DNA from: Bacteroidaceae bacterium
Lineage (GTDB): Bacteria > Bacteroidota > Bacteroidia > Bacteroidales > Barnesiellaceae_A
Reading direction: 5' to 3'
Length of the DNA stretch: 64,000 nucleotides
Assembly (NCBI GenBank): GCA_017532725.1
Contig: JAFXIZ010000019.1
Span: 6,525 to 70,524 of the forward strand
The notes under the pieces are model-generated. The model was not told the DNA's origin, made no database searches, and saw nothing but the letters and a program-made list of their open reading frames with translations. The translations under genes and the position numbers were made by a program. Shown piece after piece: positions 35,564-46,235 of the stretch. Within the stretch, counting starts at the first letter, position 1; every line of letters starts with the position of its first letter.

Positions 35564-36346
35564 ATGAAGAGTAAGTTTGAAATAGTAGTTATCGGTGCCG
35601 GTAATATGGCTACAAGATTGTCGTTGGCTCTTGTAGAGAAAGGTTACGCCATAAAGCAAGTATATAGCCGTACAACCCAATCGGCGCAAATGCTTGCTAC
35701 TCGCTTGGGTGGCGATGTGACTTTTACCAACGATACGGGTAGTATATATCCCAATGCCGATTTATATCTCTTTTCGTTAAGCGACAACGCCCTGCCCTGC
35801 GTGATAGAACAAATACCTGCCAACGATGCGTTGTGGATACATACAGCCGGTAGTATGCCTATGGAGGTATTTGCCGGTAAGACAAGCCGTTATGGGGTGT
35901 TGTATCCTATGCAGACGGTAAGCAAGGAGCGTGAAACCGATTGGAGTGAAGTGCCTGTTTTTGTTGAGGCTTCGAACACCGTTGATGAAAAGTTGATAGA
36001 ACAGATAGCAACTACATTATCGCGCAATGTGCAGCGTATCAATTCGCAACAACGCCAAGCACTGCACTTGGCTGCTGTATTTGCTTGCAACTTTTCCAAT
36101 CATATGTATGCTATAGCCGAGAAGTTGCTGCAAGAGCAAGGCTTGGACTTTGATGTTATGAAACTGCTCATACACGAAACCGAGCGCAAGGCGCAGATAA
36201 TGTCGCCCCTACAGGCTCAAACAGGCCCTGCTGTAAGAAATGATGAGAATGTTATGAATAAACATTTGCAATTATTGACCAACAGCCCCGAAGCAACGCT
36301 GTATAAACTTATAAGTGAGAATATAAATAAATACAAACAACAATAG
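35564..36346 (+). CDS. Rossmann-like + DUF2520 domain protein
   Basis: N-terminal IVVIGAGNMATRL dinucleotide-binding motif and a DUF2520-type C-terminal half. ATG at 35564 is preferred over 35540. Confidence 0.8.
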   Translation: MKSKFEIVVIGAGNMATRLSLALVEKGYAIKQVYSRTTQSAQMLATRLGGDVTFTNDTGSIYPNADLYLFSLSDNALPCVIEQIPANDALWIHTAGSMPMEVFAGKTSRYGVLYPMQTVSKERETDWSEVPVFVEASNTVDEKLIEQIATTLSRNVQRINSQQRQALHLAAVFACNFSNHMYAIAEKLLQEQGLDFDVMKLLIHETERKAQIMSPLQAQTGPAVRNDENVMNKHLQLLTNSPEATLYKLISENINKYKQQ

Positions 36347-36362
36347 TACCAATAGTATAGTT

Positions 36363-36887
36363 ATGAGCCGTATAGATTATGACTTAACCAAGATTAAGGC
36401 TTTTGCTTTTGATATAGACGGCGTGTTGTCGCCATCTACTATAACGCTCGATAGTACAGGCTATCCCAGCCGAATGGTTAATATCAAAGATGGTTATGCC
36501 ATACAATTGGCAAGAAAGTTGGGTTATCCCATAGCCATCATTACAGGAGCCAATGCCGAAACAATCAACGTGCGATATAAATCGTTGGGTGTAAAGCATA
36601 TATATATAGGAGCCAAGGTTAAGATAAGCATCTTCAACAAATGGCTGAAGAGTGTAAAATTGAATCCGGAAGAGGTTTTGTATATGGGCGATGATATACC
36701 CGATTATGAGTGTATGAATCAAGCCGGATTGCCTTGCTGTCCTCGAGATGCAGCCGTCGATATATGCAATGTTGCCAAATATATATCGCCGATTGATGGT
36801 GGTTATGGTTGTGCGCGCGATGTTATAGAACAAGTGTTACGCGCTCAAGGTAATTGGATGCACGATGAGAAGGCTTTTGGTTGGTAA
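36363..36887 (+). CDS. kdsC: KDO 8-phosphate phosphatase (HAD-IIIA)
   Basis: FAFDIDGVLS, IITGA and YMGDDIPD HAD motifs. 174 aa. Confidence 0.88.
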   Translation: MSRIDYDLTKIKAFAFDIDGVLSPSTITLDSTGYPSRMVNIKDGYAIQLARKLGYPIAIITGANAETINVRYKSLGVKHIYIGAKVKISIFNKWLKSVKLNPEEVLYMGDDIPDYECMNQAGLPCCPRDAAVDICNVAKYISPIDGGYGCARDVIEQVLRAQGNWMHDEKAFGW

Positions 36888-36898
36888 AAAAAGTAATT

Positions 36899-37480
36899 AT
36901 GCTCGAAAATATATCACAATACCACATCTTGCTCGCCAGCAATTCGCCACGCCGACGTGAGTTGTTAGGAGGCTTGGGCGTAGAATATGAGGTCGTTTCC
37001 TTACCCGAGATTGATGAGTCATATCCCCCTACTCTGCAAGGCGTAGAAATCCCTACATATATTGCGGCTCGTAAGGCCGAAGCATACAGTCAATGGATGA
37101 AGGATGATACTTTACTGATTACGGCCGATACTATTGTGTGGCTTGATGGTAAGGTGTATGGTAAACCTGCCGATGCGCAGGATGCTTGTAAAATGTTGCG
37201 AGAACTATCGGGAAAGACTCATACAGTCATTACGGGTATGGCATTGACGACTTGCAACAAGCAACGAACTTTTGCAGTTGAGTCGTATGTTACATTTGCC
37301 CAACTCGATGAGGATGAAATAGAACATTATGTATCGAAATATAAGCCATTCGACAAGGCCGGAGCATACGGTATTCAAGAGTGGATAGGATACATAGGTG
37401 TGACTGCACTCGAAGGTAGTTATTTCAATGTTATGGGACTGCCTGTGCAACGGTTGTATAAAGAGTTGAAACAATGGTAA
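36899..37480 (+). CDS. maf: Maf-like nucleoside triphosphate pyrophosphatase
   Basis: ILLASNSPRRRELL, ITADTIV and KAGAYGIQE. The track start at 36881 is a TTG overlapping the kdsC stop. ATG at 36899 is more plausible. Confidence 0.9.
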   Translation: MLENISQYHILLASNSPRRRELLGGLGVEYEVVSLPEIDESYPPTLQGVEIPTYIAARKAEAYSQWMKDDTLLITADTIVWLDGKVYGKPADAQDACKMLRELSGKTHTVITGMALTTCNKQRTFAVESYVTFAQLDEDEIEHYVSKYKPFDKAGAYGIQEWIGYIGVTALEGSYFNVMGLPVQRLYKELKQW

Positions 37481-37498
37481 ATCTAATATTAAACGTAT

Positions 37499-38341
37499 AT
37501 GACAACAAAAAGATATTTATTAATAATTTTAATTCTCAGTTTTTTCTGTATGAGTTGTGAATCGAAGAAAACTGCCACCGAGCAGAATAAACAAGTGTGT
37601 GTAAAGATGGAAACAACAATGGGTAATATTGTTGTGAAGTTGTATAACGAAACCCCTGCACACCGTGATAACTTTGTAAAACTTGTCAAAGAGGGTTACT
37701 ATGACGGTACTCTCTTTCACCGTGTTATAAACCAATTTATGATACAAGGTGGTGATGGCGATTCGCGAAATGCCAAGCCCGGACAGCAGTTGGGTATGGG
37801 TGATCCCGGATATACCATTCCGGCCGAGTTTGTTTACCCCAAGTATTTCCACAAAAAAGGAGCATTGGCAGCAGCACGTCAAGGCGACCAAGTAAACCCC
37901 GAGAAAGCCTCTTCGGGCTCGCAATTCTATATTGTAACAGGTAATGTTATTCCCGAGGGTCAAATAGGACAATTTGAACGTCAATTGCAAATGCAACAAG
38001 AGCAAAATGTATTTAATACACTTGTTGCTGCGCATCGTGAAGAGATTATGAATATGCGTCGCAATCGCGACCAAGCCGGCTTGCAAGCGTTGCAAGAACA
38101 ACTTATCAATGAAACTCGCCAACAAGTTGCTCGCGAGGGTGCTTTTACGCTCACACCCGAGCAAAAAGCAGCCTACACAACTGTAGGTGGCGCACCTCAT
38201 TTGGATGGTGCATATACCGTCTTTGGAGAGGTTGTTGAGGGTATGGACGTGGTAGAAAAAATTGAAAAGGTAGAAACCGACCGTGCCGACCGTCCTGTTG
38301 CCGATGTGAGGGTAATCTCGATGAAGATTGTCGAAGAATGA
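37499..38341 (+). CDS. cyclophilin-type peptidyl-prolyl isomerase, lipoprotein
   Basis: Lipobox FFCMSC. FHRVINQFMIQGGD and SQFYIV. An inserted helical segment precedes the final HLDGAYTVFGEV. Confidence 0.92.
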   Translation: MTTKRYLLIILILSFFCMSCESKKTATEQNKQVCVKMETTMGNIVVKLYNETPAHRDNFVKLVKEGYYDGTLFHRVINQFMIQGGDGDSRNAKPGQQLGMGDPGYTIPAEFVYPKYFHKKGALAAARQGDQVNPEKASSGSQFYIVTGNVIPEGQIGQFERQLQMQQEQNVFNTLVAAHREEIMNMRRNRDQAGLQALQEQLINETRQQVAREGAFTLTPEQKAAYTTVGGAPHLDGAYTVFGEVVEGMDVVEKIEKVETDRADRPVADVRVISMKIVEE

Positions 38342-39579
38342 TAAATGTAGAACGATATACACTATCCAATGGTCTGCGAGTATTGCATCATTACGATGCC
38401 AATACTCGTATGACTGCATTGAATGTGTTGTATGATGTGGGTTCAAAGGATGATTCGCCCGAGCGAACAGGGTTTGCGCACCTGTTTGAACATCTGATGT
38501 TTGGTGGCTCGGTCAATATCCCCGACTTTGATATGCCTCTGCAACTTGCCGGTGGCGAAAACAATGCTTGGACCAGCAATGATATAACAAACTACTATAC
38601 GATAGTACCTACACACAATATCGAAACAGCGTTTTGGCTGGAGTCCGATAGAATGTTGGGGCTTGACTTTTCGCAACAAAGTCTTGATGTGCAACGTCAC
38701 GTCGTTATAGAAGAATTTAAGCAGCGCAATCTCAATCAACCATACGGCGATGTGTACCAACTAATACGCCCTGTGGTATATACCCGGCATCCCTATAGAT
38801 GGCCCGTCATAGGTATGCGCATAGAAGATATTGAAAATGCAACACTCGATGAGGTAAAGGCTTTTTATTATGCTCACTATGCCCCCAATAATGCAATCTT
38901 GTGTGTGAGTGGTAATATCACAGCCGAAAAAGTATTCGCCCTTTGTGATAAGTGGTTCGCCCCCATTCCACGGCGCGATGTGGCTGTGCGCAATATTGCC
39001 CCCGAGCCTATACAAACCGAGGCACGTACAATCAGCGTTGAGCGTGATGTCCCCCTCGATGCACTTGTTAAGGTGTACCGAATGTGTGAGCGTCGTGGTG
39101 CGCAATATCACGCCTGTGACCTGTTATCCGATGTATTGGGTACAGGTGCATCATCACGATTGCACAAGGAGTTGGTACAGCACAAACGCTTGTTTAACAG
39201 TATTGATGCCTCTATCAGTGGCGAAATAGAGACAGGTATGTTTATTATAAATGGAAAACTCAACAAGGGCGTATCCATTGAAGAGGGCAACAAAGCAATA
39301 GAACAAGAGATAGCACGCATACAGCAAGATGCCATTACGCAACGTGAGATAAATAAGGTTGTTAACAGTTTTGAAGCCGAGCATTTGGTGTCGAACCTCA
39401 ATTATGCCGACAAAGCCGCCAACCTTGCATATCACGAACTCATAGGCAGTGCCGAAGATATTAATACCGAAGTCGATAGATATAAACTGCTCACACCCTA
39501 CGATATCCAGAAGGCTGCACAAGATGTGTTGCAACCACACAACTGTACAAGCCTATATTATCATAGTACGCAGGAGTAG
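38338..39579 (+). CDS. M16 (pitrilysin) family zinc peptidase
   Basis: Inverted zinc motif HLFEHLMFGGS. ATGA overlap with the upstream PPIase stop at 38338-38341. Confidence 0.88.
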   Translation: MINVERYTLSNGLRVLHHYDANTRMTALNVLYDVGSKDDSPERTGFAHLFEHLMFGGSVNIPDFDMPLQLAGGENNAWTSNDITNYYTIVPTHNIETAFWLESDRMLGLDFSQQSLDVQRHVVIEEFKQRNLNQPYGDVYQLIRPVVYTRHPYRWPVIGMRIEDIENATLDEVKAFYYAHYAPNNAILCVSGNITAEKVFALCDKWFAPIPRRDVAVRNIAPEPIQTEARTISVERDVPLDALVKVYRMCERRGAQYHACDLLSDVLGTGASSRLHKELVQHKRLFNSIDASISGEIETGMFIINGKLNKGVSIEEGNKAIEQEIARIQQDAITQREINKVVNSFEAEHLVSNLNYADKAANLAYHELIGSAEDINTEVDRYKLLTPYDIQKAAQDVLQPHNCTSLYYHSTQE

Positions 39580-39741
39580 TATAAATTCCGTTGTTGTCTT
39601 ATTGTATTGATAATCAGTGGTATATAGTCGTTTGTTGCTCTTGTTGTAAAATTTATCAAGATTTTTTATGAATTGACAAAATAATTTTATTACTTTGTGA
39701 TGCCTAAAATGGTAATATTGTAATTAATAAATAGTAAAGAG

Positions 39742-41550
39742 ATGGAAAATACCCATTTAGATCCTGCTGCGCAAAGCGGTACTGCTTGCCCCCAAGAACA
39801 GGAGCAAACAACTGTAGTTACTACATCGGTTTCAGAATCATTACCCACAAGTCGTCAAGAGATTATTGAGCGTCTGCGTTCAATTGTTGAGGCTCCCATC
39901 GAGGAGGTAAAAGATGAGGTTGAAACACTTAAACAAAACTATTACAAAACAAAGCGAGCCGAGGTTGAGGCTGCTTATAAGATACATATTGAGAATGGAC
40001 TGCCCGAGGCCGAGTTTGTTCCCGAACACGATGACCTCGAGGAAACATTGAAAGAACTTCTTGCTACTTTCCGTGAGCGTAAGGCAGTATATCTGCAAGA
40101 ACAAGAGAAACTCCGTGAGGAGAATTTGGCTCGTAAGAATGCCCTACTTGATGAGTTGAAATCGATTATCGAGAATACCGATGAGATAGGAAAACAATAC
40201 CAACGAGTACAACAGATACAACAAGAATTTAAGGCCATTACAGACATACCTGCACAAGCAGTATCGGATGTGTGGAAAGCATATCAAACTTATGTAGAGC
40301 AATTCTATGACCTGCTCAAGATAAACAAGGAGTTGCGCGACTACGACTTCAAGAAAAATCTTGAACAAAAAGAGGCTTTGTGTAAGAGTGCCGAGGAGTT
40401 GGCCGATGTTGAAGATGTAGTGGCTGCATTCAAGCAATTGCAAGCACTGCACAACGAATGGCGCGAGATAGGCCCTGTTGCCAAGGAGTTGCGCGATGAG
40501 GTATGGAACAGATTTAAGGATGCTTCGACCGTTATCAATAAACGTCATCAAGCATTCTTTGAAACTCGCAAAGAGACCGAAACACAAAATGAAACTGCTA
40601 AACTTGCCTTGTGTGAGGAGATAGAACAAACAATAGCCGACCTTGCCGATGTGAGCAGTTATAACGTTTGGGATGAAAAGACCAAGGCTATATTGGCTAT
40701 GCAAGAGCGTTGGAAAGCCATAGGTTTTGCATCACGCAAGAGTAACACTGCCCTATTTGAGCGTTTCCGTCAAAGTTGCGACGCTTTCTTTGCTGCTAAA
40801 GCCGAATACTTCAAGAATACCAAGGAGAGTATGAACCTGAATCTTGAGAAGAAACGTGCTTTGTGCGAGAAGGCCGAGGCTATGAAAGATAGCACCGATT
40901 GGAAAGCCACAGGTGATGCTTTTGTAGCGTTGCAGAAAGAGTGGAAACAGATAGGCCCTGTTGCCAAGAAGTATTCGGATGTTGTGTGGAAACGTTTCAA
41001 TGAGGCTTGCGACTATTTCTTTGAGCAAAAGAAGAAAGCACAATCGTCAAACCGTGAGATTGAAAATGCCAACTTGCAAGCCAAGCGTGATGTAGTTGCG
41101 CGTATTGTCGCTATAGATGAGTCGGTCGATGATGAAACTGCAAGAAATACCGTGCGCGAAGCCGTTGCACAATGGAATGCCATAGGCCACGTTCCTTTCC
41201 GTGAGAAAGATAAACTGTACAAAGAGTATCAGGCTGCATTGGATGCTGTGTATGGTCGTCTTAATAAAAATCGCAATCGCAATCGTATGGCCAATTACAA
41301 TAATTCATTGCAGCAATTGGCCGAGGGTAGCAGCGATCGTCTATATCGTGAGCGCGAAAAGTTGTTGCGCAGTTATGAGATGAAGAAAAACGAGATTCAA
41401 ACATACGAAAACAATAAAGGATTCTTGTCTTTATCATCATCGCGTGCCGAAAGCCTTGTGCAAGAACTTGACAGAAAGATAAAGAAACTGCACGAAGATA
41501 TGGAACTTATCCTTGAGAAGATAAGTCTTATAGATGAAAAATTGCAATAA
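39742..41550 (+). CDS. DUF349 repeat protein
   Basis: At least four copies of the DUF349-type unit (EWREIGPVAKELRDEVWNRF, RWKAIGFASRK..LFERF, EWKQIGPVAKKYSDVVWKRF, QWNAIGHVPFREKDKLYKEY). Confidence 0.8.
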   Translation: MENTHLDPAAQSGTACPQEQEQTTVVTTSVSESLPTSRQEIIERLRSIVEAPIEEVKDEVETLKQNYYKTKRAEVEAAYKIHIENGLPEAEFVPEHDDLEETLKELLATFRERKAVYLQEQEKLREENLARKNALLDELKSIIENTDEIGKQYQRVQQIQQEFKAITDIPAQAVSDVWKAYQTYVEQFYDLLKINKELRDYDFKKNLEQKEALCKSAEELADVEDVVAAFKQLQALHNEWREIGPVAKELRDEVWNRFKDASTVINKRHQAFFETRKETETQNETAKLALCEEIEQTIADLADVSSYNVWDEKTKAILAMQERWKAIGFASRKSNTALFERFRQSCDAFFAAKAEYFKNTKESMNLNLEKKRALCEKAEAMKDSTDWKATGDAFVALQKEWKQIGPVAKKYSDVVWKRFNEACDYFFEQKKKAQSSNREIENANLQAKRDVVARIVAIDESVDDETARNTVREAVAQWNAIGHVPFREKDKLYKEYQAALDAVYGRLNKNRNRNRMANYNNSLQQLAEGSSDRLYREREKLLRSYEMKKNEIQTYENNKGFLSLSSSRAESLVQELDRKIKKLHEDMELILEKISLIDEKLQ

Positions 41551-41573
41551 TTAATTACACCTGCCCTGAACAC

Positions 41574-41591
41574 GCCGGAGGCTACTCCGGC
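41574..41591 (+). terminator. terminator hairpin after the DUF349 gene
   Basis: gccggag-gcta-ctccggc, followed by ttgttctt. Confidence 0.65.
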
Positions 41592-41618
41592 TTGTTCTTA
41601 ATTATACCATAACCACCT

Positions 41619-43001
41619 ATGACAACTAAAGGAAGATATGGCAAATATCTCCGTAGCCTGATAGTCTTTGGAGATTTTCTTTGTATCAATTTTGCCTATA
41701 TACTTGCTTGTTTGGTTTGTAATTTCGATGAGAACTTCTATAATCATCTGATATGGGCATTTATTAATATTGCCTACATTCCGGTAAGTCTGTTCTTCTC
41801 GCAAATACATAATCAACGTATTGTGTATGCCAATCACGTTGTGATTACGGCATTACAATCGACCCTGTTTCACGCTGTTATATTTGTTGCTCTGCTCTTC
41901 TTTATAAATGACATCGATAGAGTAAGATTGGGGCATATACTCATACTTTATGCCTTTATGATGGTATGTAAGCCCCTTTGGTGGATTGCTGCCCGTAAGG
42001 TATTGAAGATATATCGCAGTAAGGGATATAACTTTAGGAAAATTATAATCGTTGGTTACGGTCGTTCGGGTAAGATGCTCGAGCGAGCATTACTATCGGA
42101 TGCAGGATATGGTTATAAGATTGTAGGCGTATTTGATGATAAGGACTGTTCGGATGCACAACCACTGTATAAAGGTGTGATTGATGATGTCGAAGAGTTC
42201 GTTACACACAATGGTGTTGATGAGATATATTGCGCCTTGCCTACCCCCGAGGAGGAAAAGATTATGCCTCTCATACGCTTTGCCGAAAAGAACGCCATAC
42301 ACTTCTATGTAATACCCGGTATTACCCCCTATCTGCACCGACGCTTGCACTTCGATAATATGGGCGATGTGCCTGTAATGAGTATCCGTCGCGAGCCACT
42401 TGAAAGCCTTTCCAATAAATTTGTGAAGCGTGCTTTCGATATACTGTTTTCGAGTGTGGCACTTATATTCTCACCCATTATTTTTATTCCCGTTGCTATT
42501 GCCGTAAAGTGTTCATCGCCCGGCCCTGTGTTTTTCAAGCAGAAACGTACCGGTATAAAGGGTAAGGAATTTTACTGCTACAAGTTCCGTACAATGCGTG
42601 TTAACAACGATAGTGACAAGCAGCAAGCCACGCAAAATGACCCACGCAAAACCAAAGTCGGTGAGTTCTTGCGCAAGTCGAGTATCGATGAATTGCCCCA
42701 ATTCTGGAATGTACTGAAGGGCGATATGTCGGTGGTAGGCCCTCGCCCACATATGATTAAACATACCGAGGACTACTCAAAACTAATAGAGAGTTATATG
42801 CTGCGACACTTGGTAAAACCCGGTATTACCGGCTGGGCGCAAGTAAACGGTTATCGTGGTGAAACAAAAGAGTTGTGGCAAATGGAAAAGCGCGTTGAAT
42901 ATGACGTGTGGTACATCGAAAATTGGGACTTCTTCCTCGATATAAAGATTATATATCTGACCATTGCCAACGCCCTGCGAGGCGAGAAAAATGCTTATTA
43001 A
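41619..43001 (+). CDS. polyprenyl-phosphate glycosylphosphotransferase (WcaJ/WbaP-like sugar transferase)
   Basis: N-terminal TM helices. C-terminal bacterial sugar transferase domain (GPVFFKQKRTG, DELPQFWNVLKGDMSVVGPRP, KPGITGWAQV). Confidence 0.88.
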   Translation: MTTKGRYGKYLRSLIVFGDFLCINFAYILACLVCNFDENFYNHLIWAFINIAYIPVSLFFSQIHNQRIVYANHVVITALQSTLFHAVIFVALLFFINDIDRVRLGHILILYAFMMVCKPLWWIAARKVLKIYRSKGYNFRKIIIVGYGRSGKMLERALLSDAGYGYKIVGVFDDKDCSDAQPLYKGVIDDVEEFVTHNGVDEIYCALPTPEEEKIMPLIRFAEKNAIHFYVIPGITPYLHRRLHFDNMGDVPVMSIRREPLESLSNKFVKRAFDILFSSVALIFSPIIFIPVAIAVKCSSPGPVFFKQKRTGIKGKEFYCYKFRTMRVNNDSDKQQATQNDPRKTKVGEFLRKSSIDELPQFWNVLKGDMSVVGPRPHMIKHTEDYSKLIESYMLRHLVKPGITGWAQVNGYRGETKELWQMEKRVEYDVWYIENWDFFLDIKIIYLTIANALRGEKNAY

Positions 43002-43024
43002 TTAATGCAATCGCATAAATCATA

Positions 43025-43060
43025 AAAGGGTATGTAAGCCGATGTGCTTATATACCCTTT
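43025..43060. terminator. hairpin between convergent genes (possible bidirectional terminator)
   Basis: 9-bp stem aaagggtat / ataccc ttt with an 18-nt loop, flanked by A/T runs. Confidence 0.5.
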
Positions 43061-43081
43061 ATAGTTTTTGTTCCTATTAAA

Positions 43082-43438
43082 TTATCGTGCCGTCTTAAAT
43101 GATAGAATGTGCCACGTTACTCCTATTGCAACAGTGAGTAGCAGTAAAACAATCCACAAGGTTTTCACTATTACGCAAGATACGATTATGGTAGCCCATA
43201 GCGTCGATACGGCAATGACCTTGATGCGTAATGGTATAGAACGATTGATATTAAAATTGGTTACAATCTCGTTGAAACTGCGTATCGACATAGCCCAATT
43301 GTACAGCCGTCGAGAGCCTTTCATAAAACTGAATGCTGCCAACAACCATAGGGGCGTTGTGGGAAGTATGGGTAGGAACATTCCTAAAAATCCTAAAGCG
43401 AAGGATATAATGCCTATTGTATTCCAAAACCAACTCAT
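43082..43438 (-). CDS. YbaN/DUF454 family inner-membrane protein
   Basis: 118 aa. GFLGMFLPILPTTPLWLLAAFSF is the DUF454 signature. Confidence 0.8.
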   Translation of the reverse strand: MSWFWNTIGIISFALGFLGMFLPILPTTPLWLLAAFSFMKGSRRLYNWAMSIRSFNEIVTNFNINRSIPLRIKVIAVSTLWATIIVSCVIVKTLWIVLLLLTVAIGVTWHILSFKTAR

Positions 43439-43442
43439 CTTA

Positions 43443-44411
43443 TCAGCGAGTTGTATATTCGTTAGTAAGACGGAAACCTCGCAGTAACTCCTCTACCGAA
43501 AGACGTTTCTTGCCTGCAAGTTGCAATGACTTGAGCGACAAGAAGCCATCGGCACAAGCAATCTCAATACTCTTGCTGCCATCGGTGACAATGCTGCCTA
43601 TGGGCTTGTTGTGCGAGCAAATGTGTCTTGTTGCTTCATATACCTTTACTCCAGTAGCAGTGCCGTCGGGTGCTACAAATTCGCACCAAGCAGCAGGATA
43701 TGGCGATAGTCCACGCACTTGATTGTACAACTCCTCTACCGAGCGCGACCAATCCAAGTGGCAAGTATCTTTGTGAATTTTGGGAGCAGGTCGCAGTGGC
43801 TCATCGGTCATCAGTTCCTCTTGTGGAATAGCCTCAACAGTGCCGGCAATGATGTTATCAACTGTTTCGCACACCATTTCGGCACCCATTATCATCAATT
43901 TGTCGTGAATGATACCCACATTGTCATCATCGGCAATAGGAATGCTACGGCGTTGTATTACCCTACCAGTGTCAATCTCGTGTGTAAGAAAGAAGGTTGT
44001 AATACCTGTTTCTTTGTCGCCGTTCATAATGGCTCGGTTGATAGGAGCAGCACCACGATATTGAGGAAGCAGTGATGCGTGTAGGTTGAAAGTTCCCATA
44101 GGGGGCATATCCCATACTACCTGTGGCAACATACGGAATGCAACAACAATTTGAAGGTGGGCATTATAACTGCGCAACTCTTCCAAGAAATTTTCATCTT
44201 TGAGGCGTTCGGGTTGCAGTATAGGCAATCCTACCGATAGGGCATATTGCTTAACGGGCGAGTATTGTATTTTATGACCTCGGCCGGCCGGCTTGTCGGG
44301 CATTGTTACAACAGCAACTACATTGTATTCGCGCTCGACCAAGAGGCGCAGTGTTTCAACTGCAAAGTCGGGCGTACCCATATATATTATGCGTAAATCT
44401 TTCTTTGTCAT
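43443..44411 (-). CDS. fmt: methionyl-tRNA formyltransferase
   Basis: IIYMGTPDFAV, NLHASLLPQYRGAAPI, and a C-terminal formyl-transferase C domain. Confidence 0.95.
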   Translation of the reverse strand: MTKKDLRIIYMGTPDFAVETLRLLVEREYNVVAVVTMPDKPAGRGHKIQYSPVKQYALSVGLPILQPERLKDENFLEELRSYNAHLQIVVAFRMLPQVVWDMPPMGTFNLHASLLPQYRGAAPINRAIMNGDKETGITTFFLTHEIDTGRVIQRRSIPIADDDNVGIIHDKLMIMGAEMVCETVDNIIAGTVEAIPQEELMTDEPLRPAPKIHKDTCHLDWSRSVEELYNQVRGLSPYPAAWCEFVAPDGTATGVKVYEATRHICSHNKPIGSIVTDGSKSIEIACADGFLSLKSLQLAGKKRLSVEELLRGFRLTNEYTTR

Positions 44412-44429
44412 TGTTTTGTCTTTTGATGG

Positions 44430-46229
44430 TTAGTCTTGTGAATAGTGTACCAACACACGACGGTAAGAGTTGAAGATTTTGGATTTCGATACAAACCCTA
44501 TATATTTATCATCTTCGTCAACAACCGGCAAGTTCCACGCATTGGTGTCATCAAACGTTTTCATAACCTTCTCCATACTCATACCTATCACGATGCGAGC
44601 AGGGGGCATAGACATAAATCGATTGACATACATTCGGTTGTATAGCGTGGGACGGAACATAATGTTGCGAATATCGTCGAGTAGAACAATACCCAACAAA
44701 CGACCGTCGTTATCGGTAACGGGAAATATATTGCGATGCGATTTAGAGATAACTTTTACCATATCACCCAACGACATCTCGGGATGCACTTCAAGGAAGT
44801 CTTTTTCTATCACGCTATCGACCTTCAATAAAGTTAGTACGGCCTTGTCCTTACCGTGGGTAATCAACTCGCCTTTCTTTGCCAAACGCATTGTATATAT
44901 ACTGTGTTTCTCAAATATGCGAATGGTTGCGTACGATACGGTAGAGGTAATCATCAGTGGTAGGAACAGCGCATAACTACCTGTAAGTTCGACGGTAAGG
45001 AAGATGGCCATAAGTGGTGCGTGCATAACACCCGACATAACGCCGGCCATACCCATCAGTGCGAAATTTTTGTTAGAAAGATCGGGCGTTAACTCCCACA
45101 AGTTGGAGGCGTATGCAAACAAGAAACCGGCAAAGCATCCCACATACAGACTGGGCGCAAATGTACCACCCACTCCACCGGCACCATTGGTAGCCGCTGT
45201 TGCAAATACCTTTGTCAGAACAATCATTGCTGTAAACACAAGCATAGCCCATACAGTGTCGCTCCATTCATATAGGAAACTGCCTCGCATCAGTTCGTTG
45301 GTATCACCAGCCAATAGCATTAGTATTGAGTCGTAGCCTTCGCCGTATAATGGTGGAAGAAGGAAAATGCAAAGACCTAATAGTATAGAGCCAAAGGCAA
45401 ATTTGTGCCACGGGCCTCCAAGTTTACGAAAACGTCCCTCAATCCAATTCATTACACGCGTAAAGTATAATGACACGAAGCCACAGAATATACCTAACAA
45501 TATAACGTACGGAATACGTCCCATACCGAATATTTCGGTCTGCTCAAACATAAATTCGGCACCTGTTCCGTGGTAGAGGTATGATACCGTTACAGCAGTA
45601 ATGGATGATATAAGCAGTGGCAATACCGATGTGGCTGTAAGGTCAACCATAAGCACCTCGATGGTAAATAGAATACCGGCAATGGGCGCTTTGAAGATAC
45701 CGGCAATGGCCGACGCTGCACCACAACCCATCATAAGCATCAGTATATTGGGTGGCATACGGAACAATCGTCCTATATTAGAACCAATAGACGCACCGGT
45801 ATATACGATGGGTGCCTCGGCTCCTACCGAGCCACCAAAGCCTATCGTAACCGAACTCGCAATAATCGAGGTGTACATATTGTGTGGTTTCACCCTACTC
45901 TTTCGTTGCGATATGGCGTGAAGAATGCGAGTTACACCGTGCGATATATCATCTTTTACGATGTAGCGTACAAATAATCCTACCAAGAACACACCTACGA
46001 TGGGATATACAAAGTATAAACCATTCAATCCCTCATCTATCATATGGGATGTAAGCAGATGTTGAATGCCGTGTATAAGCCATTTGAGTAATACTGCTGC
46101 CAAGCCTGTAAAAAGACCTACAATAAAACTCATTATGAGTGTAAATGTACGAGTGCTTATGTGTTTCTCGCGCCATACGAGAAAACGCATAAACCACTCT
46201 CGGTATTTGGGTGTTGTTGTTTCTTTCAT
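44430..46229 (-). CDS. ClC family chloride channel/antiporter with C-terminal CBS pair
   Basis: GFGGSVGAEAPIV and GGTFAPSLYVG selectivity motifs. About 10 TM helices and two CBS-like segments at the C-terminus. Confidence 0.9.
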   Translation of the reverse strand: MKETTTPKYREWFMRFLVWREKHISTRTFTLIMSFIVGLFTGLAAVLLKWLIHGIQHLLTSHMIDEGLNGLYFVYPIVGVFLVGLFVRYIVKDDISHGVTRILHAISQRKSRVKPHNMYTSIIASSVTIGFGGSVGAEAPIVYTGASIGSNIGRLFRMPPNILMLMMGCGAASAIAGIFKAPIAGILFTIEVLMVDLTATSVLPLLISSITAVTVSYLYHGTGAEFMFEQTEIFGMGRIPYVILLGIFCGFVSLYFTRVMNWIEGRFRKLGGPWHKFAFGSILLGLCIFLLPPLYGEGYDSILMLLAGDTNELMRGSFLYEWSDTVWAMLVFTAMIVLTKVFATAATNGAGGVGGTFAPSLYVGCFAGFLFAYASNLWELTPDLSNKNFALMGMAGVMSGVMHAPLMAIFLTVELTGSYALFLPLMITSTVSYATIRIFEKHSIYTMRLAKKGELITHGKDKAVLTLLKVDSVIEKDFLEVHPEMSLGDMVKVISKSHRNIFPVTDNDGRLLGIVLLDDIRNIMFRPTLYNRMYVNRFMSMPPARIVIGMSMEKVMKTFDDTNAWNLPVVDEDDKYIGFVSKSKIFNSYRRVLVHYSQD

Positions 46230-46235
46230 AGTTTC